Assembly: GCA_002404755.1 (NCBI GenBank) | Contig: DHKI01000014.1 | Span: 4,056 to 68,055, forward strand | Length of the DNA: 64,000 bases | Reading direction: 5' to 3' | Source of the DNA: Clostridiales bacterium UBA4698 | GTDB taxonomy: Bacteria > Bacillota > Clostridia > TANB77 > UBA1234 | Shown: positions 1 through 10,302 of the stretch, one piece after another | Layout: each line of letters opens with the position of its first letter | Numbering within the stretch: position 1 is the stretch's first letter | Notes under the pieces: generated by a model | The model's database searches: none | What the model saw: only the letters and a program-made list of their open reading frames with translations | What the model was told of the DNA's origin: nothing | Program-made: the position numbers and the translations under genes

Positions 1-13
1 AGGTATCTAAAAC

Positions 14-50
14 AAAAATCCCATCATTTTTTTTGATGGGATTTTTTATA
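14..50. terminator. Bidirectional rho-independent terminator-like hairpin
   Basis: aaaatcccatca (16-27) pairs with tgatgggatttt (35-46). An A-run precedes it and a T-run follows, so it could act on either strand. Confidence 0.5.
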
Positions 51-65
51 ACATTTGCAATATCT

Positions 66-99
66 AAAAAGTCCCCTTAGTTTCATTCGCTAAGGGGAC
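66..99 (-). terminator. Rho-independent terminator downstream of the GGGtGRT operon
   Basis: gtccccttag (71-80) pairs with ctaaggggac (90-99). On the minus strand the stem is followed by a T-run (66-70). Confidence 0.6.
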
Positions 100-190
100 T
101 CTTCTCTTTAGTTGAAAATTTGTGGCTTACCTATATCAAATTTCATTAAACTTTATTTGTTTATATATAGCCTATTTCAAGGCTTTAGCA

Positions 191-1198
191 CTATTTCATA
201 GCCTCCTCGACAGCAACTGCAACCGCAACTGTGGCACCAACCATTGGGTTGTTACCCATACCAATTAGTCCCATCATTTCAACGTGTGCTGGAACTGATG
301 AAGAACCTGCGAATTGTGCATCTGAATGCATTCTTCCCATAGTATCTGTCATACCATAAGAAGCAGGTCCTGCTGCCATATTGTCTGGGTGAAGTGTTCT
401 TCCTGTTCCACCACCTGATGCAACTGAGAAGTATTTCTTTCCTTGCTCAATACATTCTTTCTTATATGTTCCTGCAACTGGATGTTGGAATCTTGTTGGG
501 TTTGTAGAGTTTCCTGTTATTGAAACATCAACGCCCTCTAAGTGCATTATTGCAACACCTTCTCTAACATCATTTGCACCATAGCATCTAACTTTTGATC
601 TTTCTCCATCTGAGTATGCTATTTCTTCTAATACTTTTACTTTTCCTGTAAAGAAATCAAAGTCTGTCTTTACATATGTAAAACCATTTATTCTTGAAAT
701 TACTTGTGCAGCATCTTTTCCAAGACCATTTAAGATAACTCTTAGTGGTTCTTTTCTAACTTTATTAGCTGATTTTGCAATACCAATTGCACCTTCAGCA
801 GCAGCAAAGCTTTCATGTCCTGCTAAGAAAGCAAAACATTTTGTTTCTTCTGTTAAAAGCATAGATGCTAAATTTCCATGGCCAAGTCCTACTTTTCTGT
901 CATCTGCAACACTTCCTGGTATACAGAATGATTGAAGACCTTCACCTATTGCTTTTGCTGCATCGGCAGCTTTTGTACAACCTTTTTTGATTGCTATTGC
1001 AGCACCAACTGTATATGCCCAACATGCATTTTCAAAGCAAATTGGTTGAATACCTTTTACTATATCATATGGATTAAATCCTTTTTCTTTGCATATTTCT
1101 AAAGCTTCTTCGCAATCTTTAATTCCATATTTATTAAGTACTGGTGTAATTTGATCTATTCTTCTTTCATAACCTTCAAATAAACTCATTTTCTTCAT
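191..1198 (-). CDS. GGGtGRT family protein (function unknown)
   Basis: 335 aa. Contains the family-defining motif in ...VASGGGTGRTLHPDN... Confidence 0.85.
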   Translation of the reverse strand: MKKMSLFEGYERRIDQITPVLNKYGIKDCEEALEICKEKGFNPYDIVKGIQPICFENACWAYTVGAAIAIKKGCTKAADAAKAIGEGLQSFCIPGSVADDRKVGLGHGNLASMLLTEETKCFAFLAGHESFAAAEGAIGIAKSANKVRKEPLRVILNGLGKDAAQVISRINGFTYVKTDFDFFTGKVKVLEEIAYSDGERSKVRCYGANDVREGVAIMHLEGVDVSITGNSTNPTRFQHPVAGTYKKECIEQGKKYFSVASGGGTGRTLHPDNMAAGPASYGMTDTMGRMHSDAQFAGSSSVPAHVEMMGLIGMGNNPMVGATVAVAVAVEEAMK

Positions 1199-1215
1199 TC
1201 CCTTCTATATATAAA

Positions 1216-1908
1216 TTATTCTTCTCTAGGATCAATTTTCTTAACAGCTTCATCGAATCTACCATATTGTCCGCTAGCTTTTTTAATTGCTTCCATTGGT
1301 TCAATTCCTTTTTTGATGTTTTCCATCATCTTTCCTAGATTTACATATTTGTATCCTATAATTTGATTGTCTTTATCTAAGCCTATTTCAGTTATGTATC
1401 CTTCAGCAAGTTCAAGATATCTTGGTCCTTTAAGCTTTGTGCTATATATTGTTCCAACTTGGCTTCTGTGACCTTTTCCTAAATCTTCAAGTCCTGCTCC
1501 TATTGGTAATCCACCCTCTGAAAATGCAGATTGAGATCTACCATAAACAATTTGTAAGAACAACTCTCTCATAGCTGTATTTATAGCATCACATACAAGG
1601 TCTGTATTTAATGCTTCTAGTATTGTTTTTCCAACTAAAATTTCTCCTGCCATTGCAGCTGAGTGAGTCATACCACTACAACCAACTGTTTCAACTAAAG
1701 CTTCCTCAATTATACCATCTTTAATGTTTAATGTAAGTTTGCAAGCTCCTTGTTGTGGTGCACACCAACCTATACCATGTGTTAAACCAGAGATATCTTT
1801 AATCTCTTTTGCCTTAACCCATTTTCCCTCTTCTGGAATTGGTGCTGGTCCATGATCAACTCCTTTTGCTACTGGACACATGTTTTCTACTTCTTGTGAA
1901 TAAATCAT
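1216..1908 (-). CDS. NifU/IscU-like Fe-S scaffold-like protein, the usual partner of GGGtGRT genes
   Basis: 230 aa with conserved Cys residues (GWCAPQQGACK, VGCSGMTHSAA). An 18-nt gap to the GGGtGRT gene suggests an operon. Confidence 0.65.
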   Translation of the reverse strand: MIYSQEVENMCPVAKGVDHGPAPIPEEGKWVKAKEIKDISGLTHGIGWCAPQQGACKLTLNIKDGIIEEALVETVGCSGMTHSAAMAGEILVGKTILEALNTDLVCDAINTAMRELFLQIVYGRSQSAFSEGGLPIGAGLEDLGKGHRSQVGTIYSTKLKGPRYLELAEGYITEIGLDKDNQIIGYKYVNLGKMMENIKKGIEPMEAIKKASGQYGRFDEAVKKIDPREE

Positions 1909-2017
1909 TCTACTTCCTCCTTTTACTTCTTTTTCTATAATTATTTATCATATGTAACTAAAATTAGTATATCAATTATACACTATAAAAATCAAATACT
2001 TTTGCGCTTTCATATTA

Positions 2018-2932
2018 TTAGAAAGAAACACCTGCTAAAGGATTTTGGATAATAACTTCATCCCCACTTTGAATTCTAGCTCTCATATATACTGTATAAT
2101 CGTTTTCTGTAATATAATCGCTATCTTCTTTTATTTTCTCTATTTTTATTTTGTCTCCAATTCTAATGTTCTTCAAGTTTGATGTGTTTTCTTCTGTTTC
2201 TAGAACATAATCAATTGATTCAGATGTTACTGTATATTCTTTATCTTTTACATCTTCGTATTTTGTTTTAACATTTTCTATTTTATTATCTTTTATAATA
2301 TAGTAACTACCAATCAAAGCACCTTCTCCAAAGTATACAGGCATGCCTAATATCTTATTTTGATACATTTTCATTTTTATACCATCAAAGTTTGATATTT
2401 TTCCTAGCTCTACAATCTCTCCATCTACATATCTATAAAATACGTTTGATGTTACATCACTTTCATTTGGATTTGATGTAGCAACAAGTTCAACATATTT
2501 ATCATTTTTATCAACATCAACTATGTAAAATTTTCCGTCAGCATCAAAATTTACTTTACATTTTGCACCATCTATATCTACTTCATATGTCGCTGTCACA
2601 AAATCATCTTCTTGCATTCCTAAAAACTCAATTTTGATTTTTCTTTCTACTCCATTATCTGCATATTCTCCACTGTAATATGCAACATCTCCTGAATCTT
2701 TGCTTAATTCAAGTTCTTTTATTACTTCTAATTCCTTTATGTCTCCAGAATTAATTAACGAAATGTTTTTATCTTCGTTTCCTTTACTCTCTTTTTCGCT
2801 ATTAATCTCACCACTTGTGATTTCTGTAATTATTCCATTGTTTTCTTCATTAGTTTTATTTTCTTTACCGCAACCCGTCAAAAGACAGGCAAGTGCAACT
2901 GTTGCAAAGAATATACCTATATACTTTTTCAT
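2018..2932 (-). CDS. Putative lipoprotein, function unknown
   Basis: N-terminal signal peptide with a lipobox (ALACLLTGC). Confidence 0.65.
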   Translation of the reverse strand: MKKYIGIFFATVALACLLTGCGKENKTNEENNGIITEITSGEINSEKESKGNEDKNISLINSGDIKELEVIKELELSKDSGDVAYYSGEYADNGVERKIKIEFLGMQEDDFVTATYEVDIDGAKCKVNFDADGKFYIVDVDKNDKYVELVATSNPNESDVTSNVFYRYVDGEIVELGKISNFDGIKMKMYQNKILGMPVYFGEGALIGSYYIIKDNKIENVKTKYEDVKDKEYTVTSESIDYVLETEENTSNLKNIRIGDKIKIEKIKEDSDYITENDYTVYMRARIQSGDEVIIQNPLAGVSF

Positions 2933-3052
2933 TTATTTACCTCGTTTCTATTTTGGATTGTGTCCACAATTTTTATTTAGCACACCTAGCCTTAAGCTAT
3001 TTTAGGTAATGTGTTTTATCATTTTTCACAAATCAGTTTGCTCATCCTATTT

Positions 3053-4591
3053 TTAATCTTTTTGTAATAGTGATTCGCCTGTCATCTCTGCAGGTTTTTC
3101 TAATCCCATTATATCAAGCATTGTTGGTGATAAATCTGCAAGTTTTCCACCATCTTTTAACTTTATATTGTTTTCTAGTCCCATTACTATTAGTGGAACT
3201 GGTCCTGTTGTATGTGCTGTGTGAGGATCTCCAGTTGTGTAATCTATCATTTGTTCTGCGTTTCCATGGTCTGCTGTCACAAGTAAAACTCCGTTTACGC
3301 GTCTTACTTCTTCTATTATTCTACCCATACATTCATCGACTGTTTCAACAGCTTTAACAGCTGCCTCCATAACCCCAGTATGACCAACCATATCGCAATT
3401 TGCAAAGTTTAATATGATTACATTGTATGATTGCTTTCTTATAGCATCTACAACTTTATCTGTTACTTCATATGCACTCATTTCTGGTTTTAAATCATAT
3501 GTAGCAACTTTTGGTGATTCTACAAGTATTCTGTCTTCTCCTGGATATTTCACTTCATTTCCACCATTGAAGAAGAACGTTACATGAGCATATTTCTCAG
3601 TTTCAGCTATTCTAAGTTGTGTTAATCCCATTTTGCTTATGTATTCACCAAATGTGTTTTCTATTTTTTCTGGTTTAAATGCAACCTCTACATTTGGCAT
3701 TGTTGCATCATATTCTGTAAAACATACATAATTTACATATTGATATTTCTTTTCAAATCCGTTGAAATTCTTATCAACAAATACTCTTGTTATTTCACGA
3801 GCTCTATCTGGTCTAAAGTTGAAGAATATTATTGAATCGTTTTGTTTGATTGTTGCAATTGGTTTATCGTTTTCTGTAATTACTATTGGTTTCACAAACT
3901 CGTCAAATTCTTCTCTTTGATAAGCTCCCTCTATTGCATCAATTGCAGATGTTGCTGTATTGCCCTCGCCTTTTGCAAGCGCATTATATGCAAGCTCAAC
4001 TCTATCCCATCTCTTATCTCTGTCCATTGCATAATATCTTCCCATTATGCTAGCTATTTTTCCAACACCGATTTCTTTTATTTTGTCTTCTAGTTCTGAG
4101 ATAAAGCTTTCACCAGATGTTGGTGGTGTATCTCTTCCATCTAGGAAGCAGTGTATATATACATCTTTAAAATCTTCTCTCTTACATAATTCAAGAAGTG
4201 CATATAAATGTGAATTATGGCTATGAACTCCTCCGTTTGATAAAAGTCCGTATAAATGCAAGTTACTGTTTTGTTTTTTACAGTACTTTATTGCATCTAA
4301 AAATTCTTTTATCTTAAAGAAATCTCCATCTTCAATTGATTTTGTTATTCTTGTCAATTCTTGATAAACAACTCTACCAGCACCAATATTAGTGTGTCCT
4401 ACTTCTGAATTTCCCATTTGTCCATTTGGAAGTCCAACATCAAGTCCGCTTGTTTTAATCTTTGTGTTTGGACATTGTTTCATTAATGCATCCAAATTAG
4501 GTGTTTTAGCAGCCTTTACAGCATTTCCTTCCTCTTTTTCGTTAATGCCCCAACCATCTAATATTGCAAGCATTACAAGTTTTTTATCCAT
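3053..4591 (-). CDS. gpmI: 2,3-bisphosphoglycerate-independent phosphoglycerate mutase
   Basis: 512 aa. Motifs LAILDGWG, GNSEVGHTNIGAGR and TADHGNAE. Located in the glycolytic cluster. Confidence 0.95.
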   Translation of the reverse strand: MDKKLVMLAILDGWGINEKEEGNAVKAAKTPNLDALMKQCPNTKIKTSGLDVGLPNGQMGNSEVGHTNIGAGRVVYQELTRITKSIEDGDFFKIKEFLDAIKYCKKQNSNLHLYGLLSNGGVHSHNSHLYALLELCKREDFKDVYIHCFLDGRDTPPTSGESFISELEDKIKEIGVGKIASIMGRYYAMDRDKRWDRVELAYNALAKGEGNTATSAIDAIEGAYQREEFDEFVKPIVITENDKPIATIKQNDSIIFFNFRPDRAREITRVFVDKNFNGFEKKYQYVNYVCFTEYDATMPNVEVAFKPEKIENTFGEYISKMGLTQLRIAETEKYAHVTFFFNGGNEVKYPGEDRILVESPKVATYDLKPEMSAYEVTDKVVDAIRKQSYNVIILNFANCDMVGHTGVMEAAVKAVETVDECMGRIIEEVRRVNGVLLVTADHGNAEQMIDYTTGDPHTAHTTGPVPLIVMGLENNIKLKDGGKLADLSPTMLDIMGLEKPAEMTGESLLQKD

Positions 4592-4609
4592 ATCTTTTCG
4601 TCTCCCTCT

Positions 4610-5368
4610 TTATTTAGTATAATTTACAATTTTACTAAAGTCTTCTGCATCTAAACTTGCTCCACCAACAAGTCCGCCATCAATATCTGGCATGCTAAAT
4701 AATTCTTTAGCATTAGAAGATTTAACGCTTCCACCATATTGTATTATAATCTCATCGGCTATATCACCATATAAGCTTCTAATCTCTTCTCTTATCCAAC
4801 TGCAAACTTCATTTGCATCTTCTTTTGAAGCTGTTTTTCCTGTACCGATTGCCCATATAGGCTCATATGCTATTATTATTTTCTTAACCTCTTCTTTTTC
4901 TAGGCCTTCAAAAGCATTCTTTACTTGAGTTGTAACAAAATCTTTAGTAATTCCTGCTTCTCTTTGTTCTAAAGTTTCACCAACACAAACGATTGGTTTT
5001 AAATCATGATTTAAAGTAGCTTTTATTTTTTTATTAACGCTCTCATCTGTTTCGGCATAGTATTGTCTTCTTTCAGAATGTCCTATTATAACATATTCTG
5101 TTCCAATTTCTTTAAGCATCTTTGGAGAAATTTCGCCTGTGAAAGCTCCCTTTTCTTCGAAGTGAATATTTTGTGCTCCAACTTTTACATTTGTACCCTT
5201 AGCAAGCTCGATTGCATCTGCTAAATCTACAAACGGTACACATATTATTACTTCATCTTCTGTATCTTTTACTAAACTCGGAAATGTTTTCATGAATTCT
5301 CTTGTTTCAGCAGGTGTCTTATTCATCTTCCAGTTTCCTGCAATAACTTTTTTTCTCATCAAAATCAT
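4610..5368 (-). CDS. tpiA: Triosephosphate isomerase
   Basis: Motifs AGNWKMN, GHSERR and AYEPIWAIGTG. The start could instead be the Met at 5359. Confidence 0.95.
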   Translation of the reverse strand: MILMRKKVIAGNWKMNKTPAETREFMKTFPSLVKDTEDEVIICVPFVDLADAIELAKGTNVKVGAQNIHFEEKGAFTGEISPKMLKEIGTEYVIIGHSERRQYYAETDESVNKKIKATLNHDLKPIVCVGETLEQREAGITKDFVTTQVKNAFEGLEKEEVKKIIIAYEPIWAIGTGKTASKEDANEVCSWIREEIRSLYGDIADEIIIQYGGSVKSSNAKELFSMPDIDGGLVGGASLDAEDFSKIVNYTK

Positions 5369-5381
5369 CTTCTTTCTAAAT

Positions 5382-6563
5382 TTATTTATCTAATAAACAA
5401 GCTATGCCTGGTAGTACCTTTCCTTCAATAAATTCAAGTGAAGCTCCACCACCTGTTGATACGTGTGTCATTTTGCTTGATAGTCCAAATTTTTCAACAG
5501 CTGCTGCACTGTCTCCTCCACCGATTATTGTTATTGCATCTTCATTTTCAGCTAATGCTTTTGCTATACTAATTGTTCCTGTAGCAAATTTATCTAATTC
5601 AGAATATCCAACTGGTCCATTCCAAATTATTGTTTTATATTCTTTTATTGCTTCTACAAATTTCTTTGTTGATTCAGGACCGATATCTAAACCTTCCCAA
5701 TCATCAGGAATATCATTTGTTGGAACTATCATTGTTTCAGCATCTGCAGAAATCTCTTTTGCACATATTGTATCGACTGGCAAATATACAGTAACATTCT
5801 TTTCTTTAGCTTTTGCAAGTATTTCTTTTGCTAAATCTAGTTTATCATCTTCACAAAGTGACTTTCCTATTCTTCCGCCCATTGCTTTGCTAAATGTATA
5901 TGCCATTCCACCACCAATCATTAGTCCATCTACTTTGTCTAATAGATTTTCAATAACTCCTATTTTTGATGAAACCTTTGCTCCACCAAGTATTGCTAAG
6001 AATGGTCTCTTTGGATTATTTAATGCATCTCCCATTATTCCTATTTCTTTTTGAATCAAGTATCCACATACTGCTGGTAAATAATTTGCAACTCCGGCTG
6101 TTGAAGCATGAGCTCTATGTGCTGTACCGAAAGCATCATTTACATATACTTCAGCAAGTGAAGCAAGTTCTTTCGCAAACTCTGGATCATTTGCTTCTTC
6201 TTCTGGATGCATACGAACATTTTCAAGTAGCATAACATCTCCATCTTTTAGCTCAGCAACTTTTGCTCTAGCATCGTTTCCAATTACATCACTTGCAAAA
6301 GGAACATCTCTTCCTAATAATTCTGATAATCTCTTTGCAACTGGTGCAAGTGTTTGCTTGTCCTTTGTTTTTCCAATGTGTGAACAAAGAATTACTCTAG
6401 CACCATGGCTCATTAAATACTTAATTGTTGGAAGAGCTTCTCTAATTCTTCTATCATCTGTTATTTTTGATTTATCGTTTATATCTAGAGGAACATTAAA
6501 ATCACATCTTACCAACACTCTTTTTCCATTAACATCAATATCTTCAATAGTCTTTTTATTCAT
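5382..6563 (-). CDS. pgk: Phosphoglycerate kinase
   Basis: 393 aa. Motifs [11 protein letters not shown] and [11 protein letters not shown]. Confidence 0.95.
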   Translation of the reverse strand: MNKKTIEDIDVNGKRVLVRCDFNVPLDINDKSKITDDRRIREALPTIKYLMSHGARVILCSHIGKTKDKQTLAPVAKRLSELLGRDVPFASDVIGNDARAKVAELKDGDVMLLENVRMHPEEEANDPEFAKELASLAEVYVNDAFGTAHRAHASTAGVANYLPAVCGYLIQKEIGIMGDALNNPKRPFLAILGGAKVSSKIGVIENLLDKVDGLMIGGGMAYTFSKAMGGRIGKSLCEDDKLDLAKEILAKAKEKNVTVYLPVDTICAKEISADAETMIVPTNDIPDDWEGLDIGPESTKKFVEAIKEYKTIIWNGPVGYSELDKFATGTISIAKALAENEDAITIIGGGDSAAAVEKFGLSSKMTHVSTGGGASLEFIEGKVLPGIACLLDK

Positions 6564-6629
6564 ATTTTTATCTCCAATCTATATAGCAAATTTAGGGGAC
6601 GAACTTAGATTTTCGCCCCCTATTATATT

Positions 6630-7646
6630 TTAACCTAGTTCTGCAAAATATTTAATTGTTCTAACCATTTGGCTAGTATATGAATTTTCGTTATCATACC
6701 AAGCAACAACTTGTACTTGATATAATCCGTCTTCTATTTTTGTAACCATTGTTTGTGTAGCATCAAATAATGAACCATAAGTAATTCCTATGATATCTGA
6801 TGAAACAAGTGGCTCTTCTGTGTAACCGAAAGATGCTGATGAAGCAGCTTTCATAGCAGCGTTGATTCCTTCTACTGTTATATCATTTCCTCTAACTACT
6901 GCTGTTAATATTGTTGTAGAACCTGTTGGAACTGGAACTCTTTGTGCAGATCCAATTAGTTTTCCGTTTAATTCTGGAATAACAAGTCCGATTGCTTTAG
7001 CTGCGCCTGTTGAGTTAGGAACTATGTTTACTGCAGCAGCTCTAGCTCTTCTTAAATCTCCTTTTCTGTGAGGACCATCAAGTATCATTTGGTCTCCTGT
7101 ATAAGCATGGATTGTTGACATTATGCCAGATTCGATTGGTGCGTATTTATTAAGTGTATTAGCCATTGGAGCTAAGCAGTTTGTTGTACAAGAAGCTGCT
7201 GAAATAACTGTATCTTCTGGTTTCAAGATATTTTCGTTTACCCCAAATACTACTGTTGGTAAATCTTTACCTGCTGGTGCAGAAATAACAACTTTTTTAG
7301 CGCCTGCTCTGATATGAGCTTCTGCTTTTTCTTTTGTTGTATAGAATCCTGTACATTCTAAAACAACATCAACACCAATTTCTCCCCATGGAAGTTCTTC
7401 AGCATTTGGTTTTGCGTATATCTTTATTTCCTTTCCATCTACTGTTATTGAATCTTCTCCTGCAAATACAGTATCAGCTTTTGCATATTTACCTTGTGCA
7501 GAATCATATTTTAACAAATGTGCAAGCATTGTTGGGCTTGTTAAATCGTTTATTGCAACAATCTCATACCCCTCCGCACCAAACATCTGTCTAAATGCTA
7601 GACGTCCAATACGTCCAAATCCATTAATAGCAACTTTTATTGACAT
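6630..7646 (-). CDS. gap: Glyceraldehyde-3-phosphate dehydrogenase
   Basis: Motifs INGFGRIGR and active-site SCTTNCLAP. The start is set at MSIKVAING, which has a GGAGGA RBS 9 nt upstream. Confidence 0.95.
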   Translation of the reverse strand: MSIKVAINGFGRIGRLAFRQMFGAEGYEIVAINDLTSPTMLAHLLKYDSAQGKYAKADTVFAGEDSITVDGKEIKIYAKPNAEELPWGEIGVDVVLECTGFYTTKEKAEAHIRAGAKKVVISAPAGKDLPTVVFGVNENILKPEDTVISAASCTTNCLAPMANTLNKYAPIESGIMSTIHAYTGDQMILDGPHRKGDLRRARAAAVNIVPNSTGAAKAIGLVIPELNGKLIGSAQRVPVPTGSTTILTAVVRGNDITVEGINAAMKAASSASFGYTEEPLVSSDIIGITYGSLFDATQTMVTKIEDGLYQVQVVAWYDNENSYTSQMVRTIKYFAELG

Positions 7647-7775
7647 AATAATATTCCTCCAATTCATTTAAAATTACAAATTCATTCTATATCATTTTAT
7701 CCAACTTTGCAATATTTAACCTTTATTTATAATTAAAAAGTGGCATGAATTTTTTTAACTCACACCACTTTTCTG

Positions 7776-8453
7776 TCAATATTTTACCACAATGTCTGCC
7801 ATATCAAGCTGAGGTAATATATCTTCTGCAATCTGAGGAAGAACAAATTCCTCATAATACCTTAGAAGCTGTCCACGTATAATAACTTTTGGCTGTGGAA
7901 GAAACATTCCTTCCTTCATACGTCTCGACATCCACACATTAACATCCGTGTTAAGATATACTGTTACTGAATTTGGAATAATATCCTTAAGAAGAGTTAT
8001 TGCGTGCAACCCAATAAAAATATTGGTACGACTGCTTTGAAATGCTTCTATTCTAAACTTTGGCTCACCCTCTTGCACTCCATTAATATCTACATACCGA
8101 TATGGCCATTTTTTGCTCCAATCTCTAATATTGTATCTATTAACCAATACACATCCCTTGTCAAACAAATTTCTGGAATCTGTTATGAATCTTTCTTTGT
8201 CAAATGCCTTAATAGAGTCAATCTCCTTTCCATACTCCTCATCACCAGGTATTAAATCTTTTTCCTTGTAATAATCCTCTTGTGAGAAAACAGTAACCCG
8301 TTCTCCGTTTATCGTTTCAAACCAATCCTTCACTGCATCTGCTAATTCTCTTTTTCCTGATCCTATAGGACCTGCAATTATGATATTAGCCTTGCAGTAC
8401 TTCCTGTAGCAATACCTAATTGCATTAGCAACCGTCGATTCAGATATTTCCAT
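7776..8453 (-). CDS. Uridine-kinase/PRK-like P-loop protein with a non-canonical Walker A
   Basis: The Walker A reads IIIAGPIGSGKRE, so GK is followed by R rather than S/T. FSQEDYYK resembles the Udk DSYY segment. The start is set at MEISES, which has a GAGGAGG RBS. Confidence 0.55.
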   Translation of the reverse strand: MEISESTVANAIRYCYRKYCKANIIIAGPIGSGKRELADAVKDWFETINGERVTVFSQEDYYKEKDLIPGDEEYGKEIDSIKAFDKERFITDSRNLFDKGCVLVNRYNIRDWSKKWPYRYVDINGVQEGEPKFRIEAFQSSRTNIFIGLHAITLLKDIIPNSVTVYLNTDVNVWMSRRMKEGMFLPQPKVIIRGQLLRYYEEFVLPQIAEDILPQLDMADIVVKY

Positions 8454-8700
8454 CTTTATCCTCCTCGTCATGCTCTTGCTTTTCAAACAGCTCATGTACC
8501 TTGTACATGACATAAAAAGCAAATCCAATCGTAGTGGCAATCACTATAGAAAAAATAGCGAACAGCACTTTCAACATTGCCGAAACGTCTTCATGCAACA
8601 CAATCGGAACCATAATCACCAACATGCATAAAATGCATATCATGACCACGATTAGCGAAAACATGCAGCTAGATATCCTCCGTTTACCAAGTTCCTTCAT
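8440..8700 (-). CDS. Small two-TM membrane protein with an acidic tail
   Basis: 86 aa with two hydrophobic helices and the C-terminus EKQEHDEEDKDGNI. It has an AAGGGGGA RBS. Its 3' end overlaps the kinase-like gene start by 14 nt. Confidence 0.55.
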   Translation of the reverse strand: MKELGKRRISSCMFSLIVVMICILCMLVIMVPIVLHEDVSAMLKVLFAIFSIVIATTIGFAFYVMYKVHELFEKQEHDEEDKDGNI

Positions 8701-8892
8701 ATAGAAATCCCCCTTTTAATAGACTTTATTGTTTCGTTCACACATTCTATCACAGAAACGAAGTAAAAGCAAGCTATGAAAACTGAAAATCTCTGGTAAA
8801 AATCAAATATTTATTGTTTTATTTTGTTAATTGCGAGAGGGCCTGTAACACAAGCCTCCAAAATTCACCATAATGTAATATATTTTTATGAA

Positions 8893-10131
8893 TTATTCTT
8901 CGTTCTCAATGATTTTTTCTATTTCATCGCCAATTTTTTCAATTACACCAACAACTAGTGCATTTCCCATCATAAAATTTCTTTTTTTCTCTGTCATTCC
9001 TGTTTTAGTCCAATTATCAGGAAAACCGTTTATTCTTTCACATTCAATAGGAGTTAATAATCTAGGTTTTTTTGTTTTAAAATCTTCAATAACATGCGTT
9101 GTTCTACTAACACCGCCTTCGCTTGTAAGCATCGTTCTTGCAGGAGCATCTAAATTATCTGGAAATGGCATTGCACCTTCTGAATAGTAATAAGGTGTTC
9201 CATCCGGCTTAGTTCTAGGAATTCTTTTGCTCCCTTTTAAATAAGCGAATTTCTTTATTTGCTGTTCTGACAAAAAATATTTATTATCGATATCGTTTTC
9301 TTCCCTAATTTTTCTAAGCGGATAAATTAAATTATAATCCGATTCTGTTTTTACGGTGTATATGTCACCATTTGCCATAACTCCTGCATTATAAAACTCA
9401 CATTTAAAATTGTTACTTACATCAATTAAGTCTTTATAATCAGAAATACATGATTCCGACATAGCTGAATAAGAATCTTTTATCGGAAATTGTTTAACAA
9501 AAATTCCTTTTTTAAAAATAATATCTCTATTTTTCATCTTTTGCATTTCTTTATAGTAATTAGTAGTTTTATGATAAGCAAAAATATAGGTTCTTCTTCT
9601 TTTTTGTGGTAGTCCGTATTCACCAGCGTTAATAACACGCCACTCAACATCATATCCATTTTCATAAAAACTTCTTAAAATCATTCCAAAGTCTCTACCT
9701 CTTTGTTTGGCTGGAGATAATAATAATCTATCTACATTTTCTAATAATACAAAAGGCGGTCTTTTTATCGCTAATGTTTCTTCAATTGCCCACCATAAAG
9801 CTCCCTTTTTTCCTTCAATTCCTTTACTATTTGACAAAGTTTGAGCAACAGAATAATCCTGACAAGGAAATCCGCCAACTAGTAAACTATGATCTGGAAT
9901 ATCATGTTTATCAACTTCAAATATATCAATATTACTTACATCATTAAAACCGAATCTAGTTCCATAACAATTATATGCATCCTGCGTTTTAGTAGATGGC
10001 TCCCACTGATTAGCCCATAAAAATTTCCAATTACCATTTTCTTTAACCTTATCATTTTCAAATGAAACTTTATTTAACCCACATCTGAATCCACCAACTC
10101 CTGCAAATAACTCAACGCATGTCTTTTTCAT
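8893..10131 (-). CDS. DNA (cytosine-5)-methyltransferase
   Basis: C5-MTase motifs: I FAGVGG, IV GFPCQDYS, VI ENV, VIII QKRRR, X GNALV. The start is set at MKKTCVELF, which has a GAGGAGG RBS. Confidence 0.9.
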   Translation of the reverse strand: MKKTCVELFAGVGGFRCGLNKVSFENDKVKENGNWKFLWANQWEPSTKTQDAYNCYGTRFGFNDVSNIDIFEVDKHDIPDHSLLVGGFPCQDYSVAQTLSNSKGIEGKKGALWWAIEETLAIKRPPFVLLENVDRLLLSPAKQRGRDFGMILRSFYENGYDVEWRVINAGEYGLPQKRRRTYIFAYHKTTNYYKEMQKMKNRDIIFKKGIFVKQFPIKDSYSAMSESCISDYKDLIDVSNNFKCEFYNAGVMANGDIYTVKTESDYNLIYPLRKIREENDIDNKYFLSEQQIKKFAYLKGSKRIPRTKPDGTPYYYSEGAMPFPDNLDAPARTMLTSEGGVSRTTHVIEDFKTKKPRLLTPIECERINGFPDNWTKTGMTEKKRNFMMGNALVVGVIEKIGDEIEKIIENEE

Positions 10132-10302
10132 TTTATACCTCCTCATGTTGTTTAACATCAATAGTTATATTATAATATAGTCAATTGAAAAGATCAACCT
10201 CATAAGAAAACATTATACTAAATTTTCTCGTAAAGATTAACACTTCTGCATAAATATTTTATCTTATTTTTTCAATTAAGACAAGATCGAAAGGAGAATT
10301 TT

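Noticed and set aside
5404-6054. 216-aa ORF on the + strand opposite pgk, and similar long antisense ORFs opposite gpmI, gap, gatA/B, spoIIIA genes, the ABC genes and glmM.
   Set aside because: They lie entirely antisense to genes with unmistakable conserved motifs. They have low-complexity S/P/L/F-rich translations and no RBS. They are typical shadow ORFs of AT-rich genomes.
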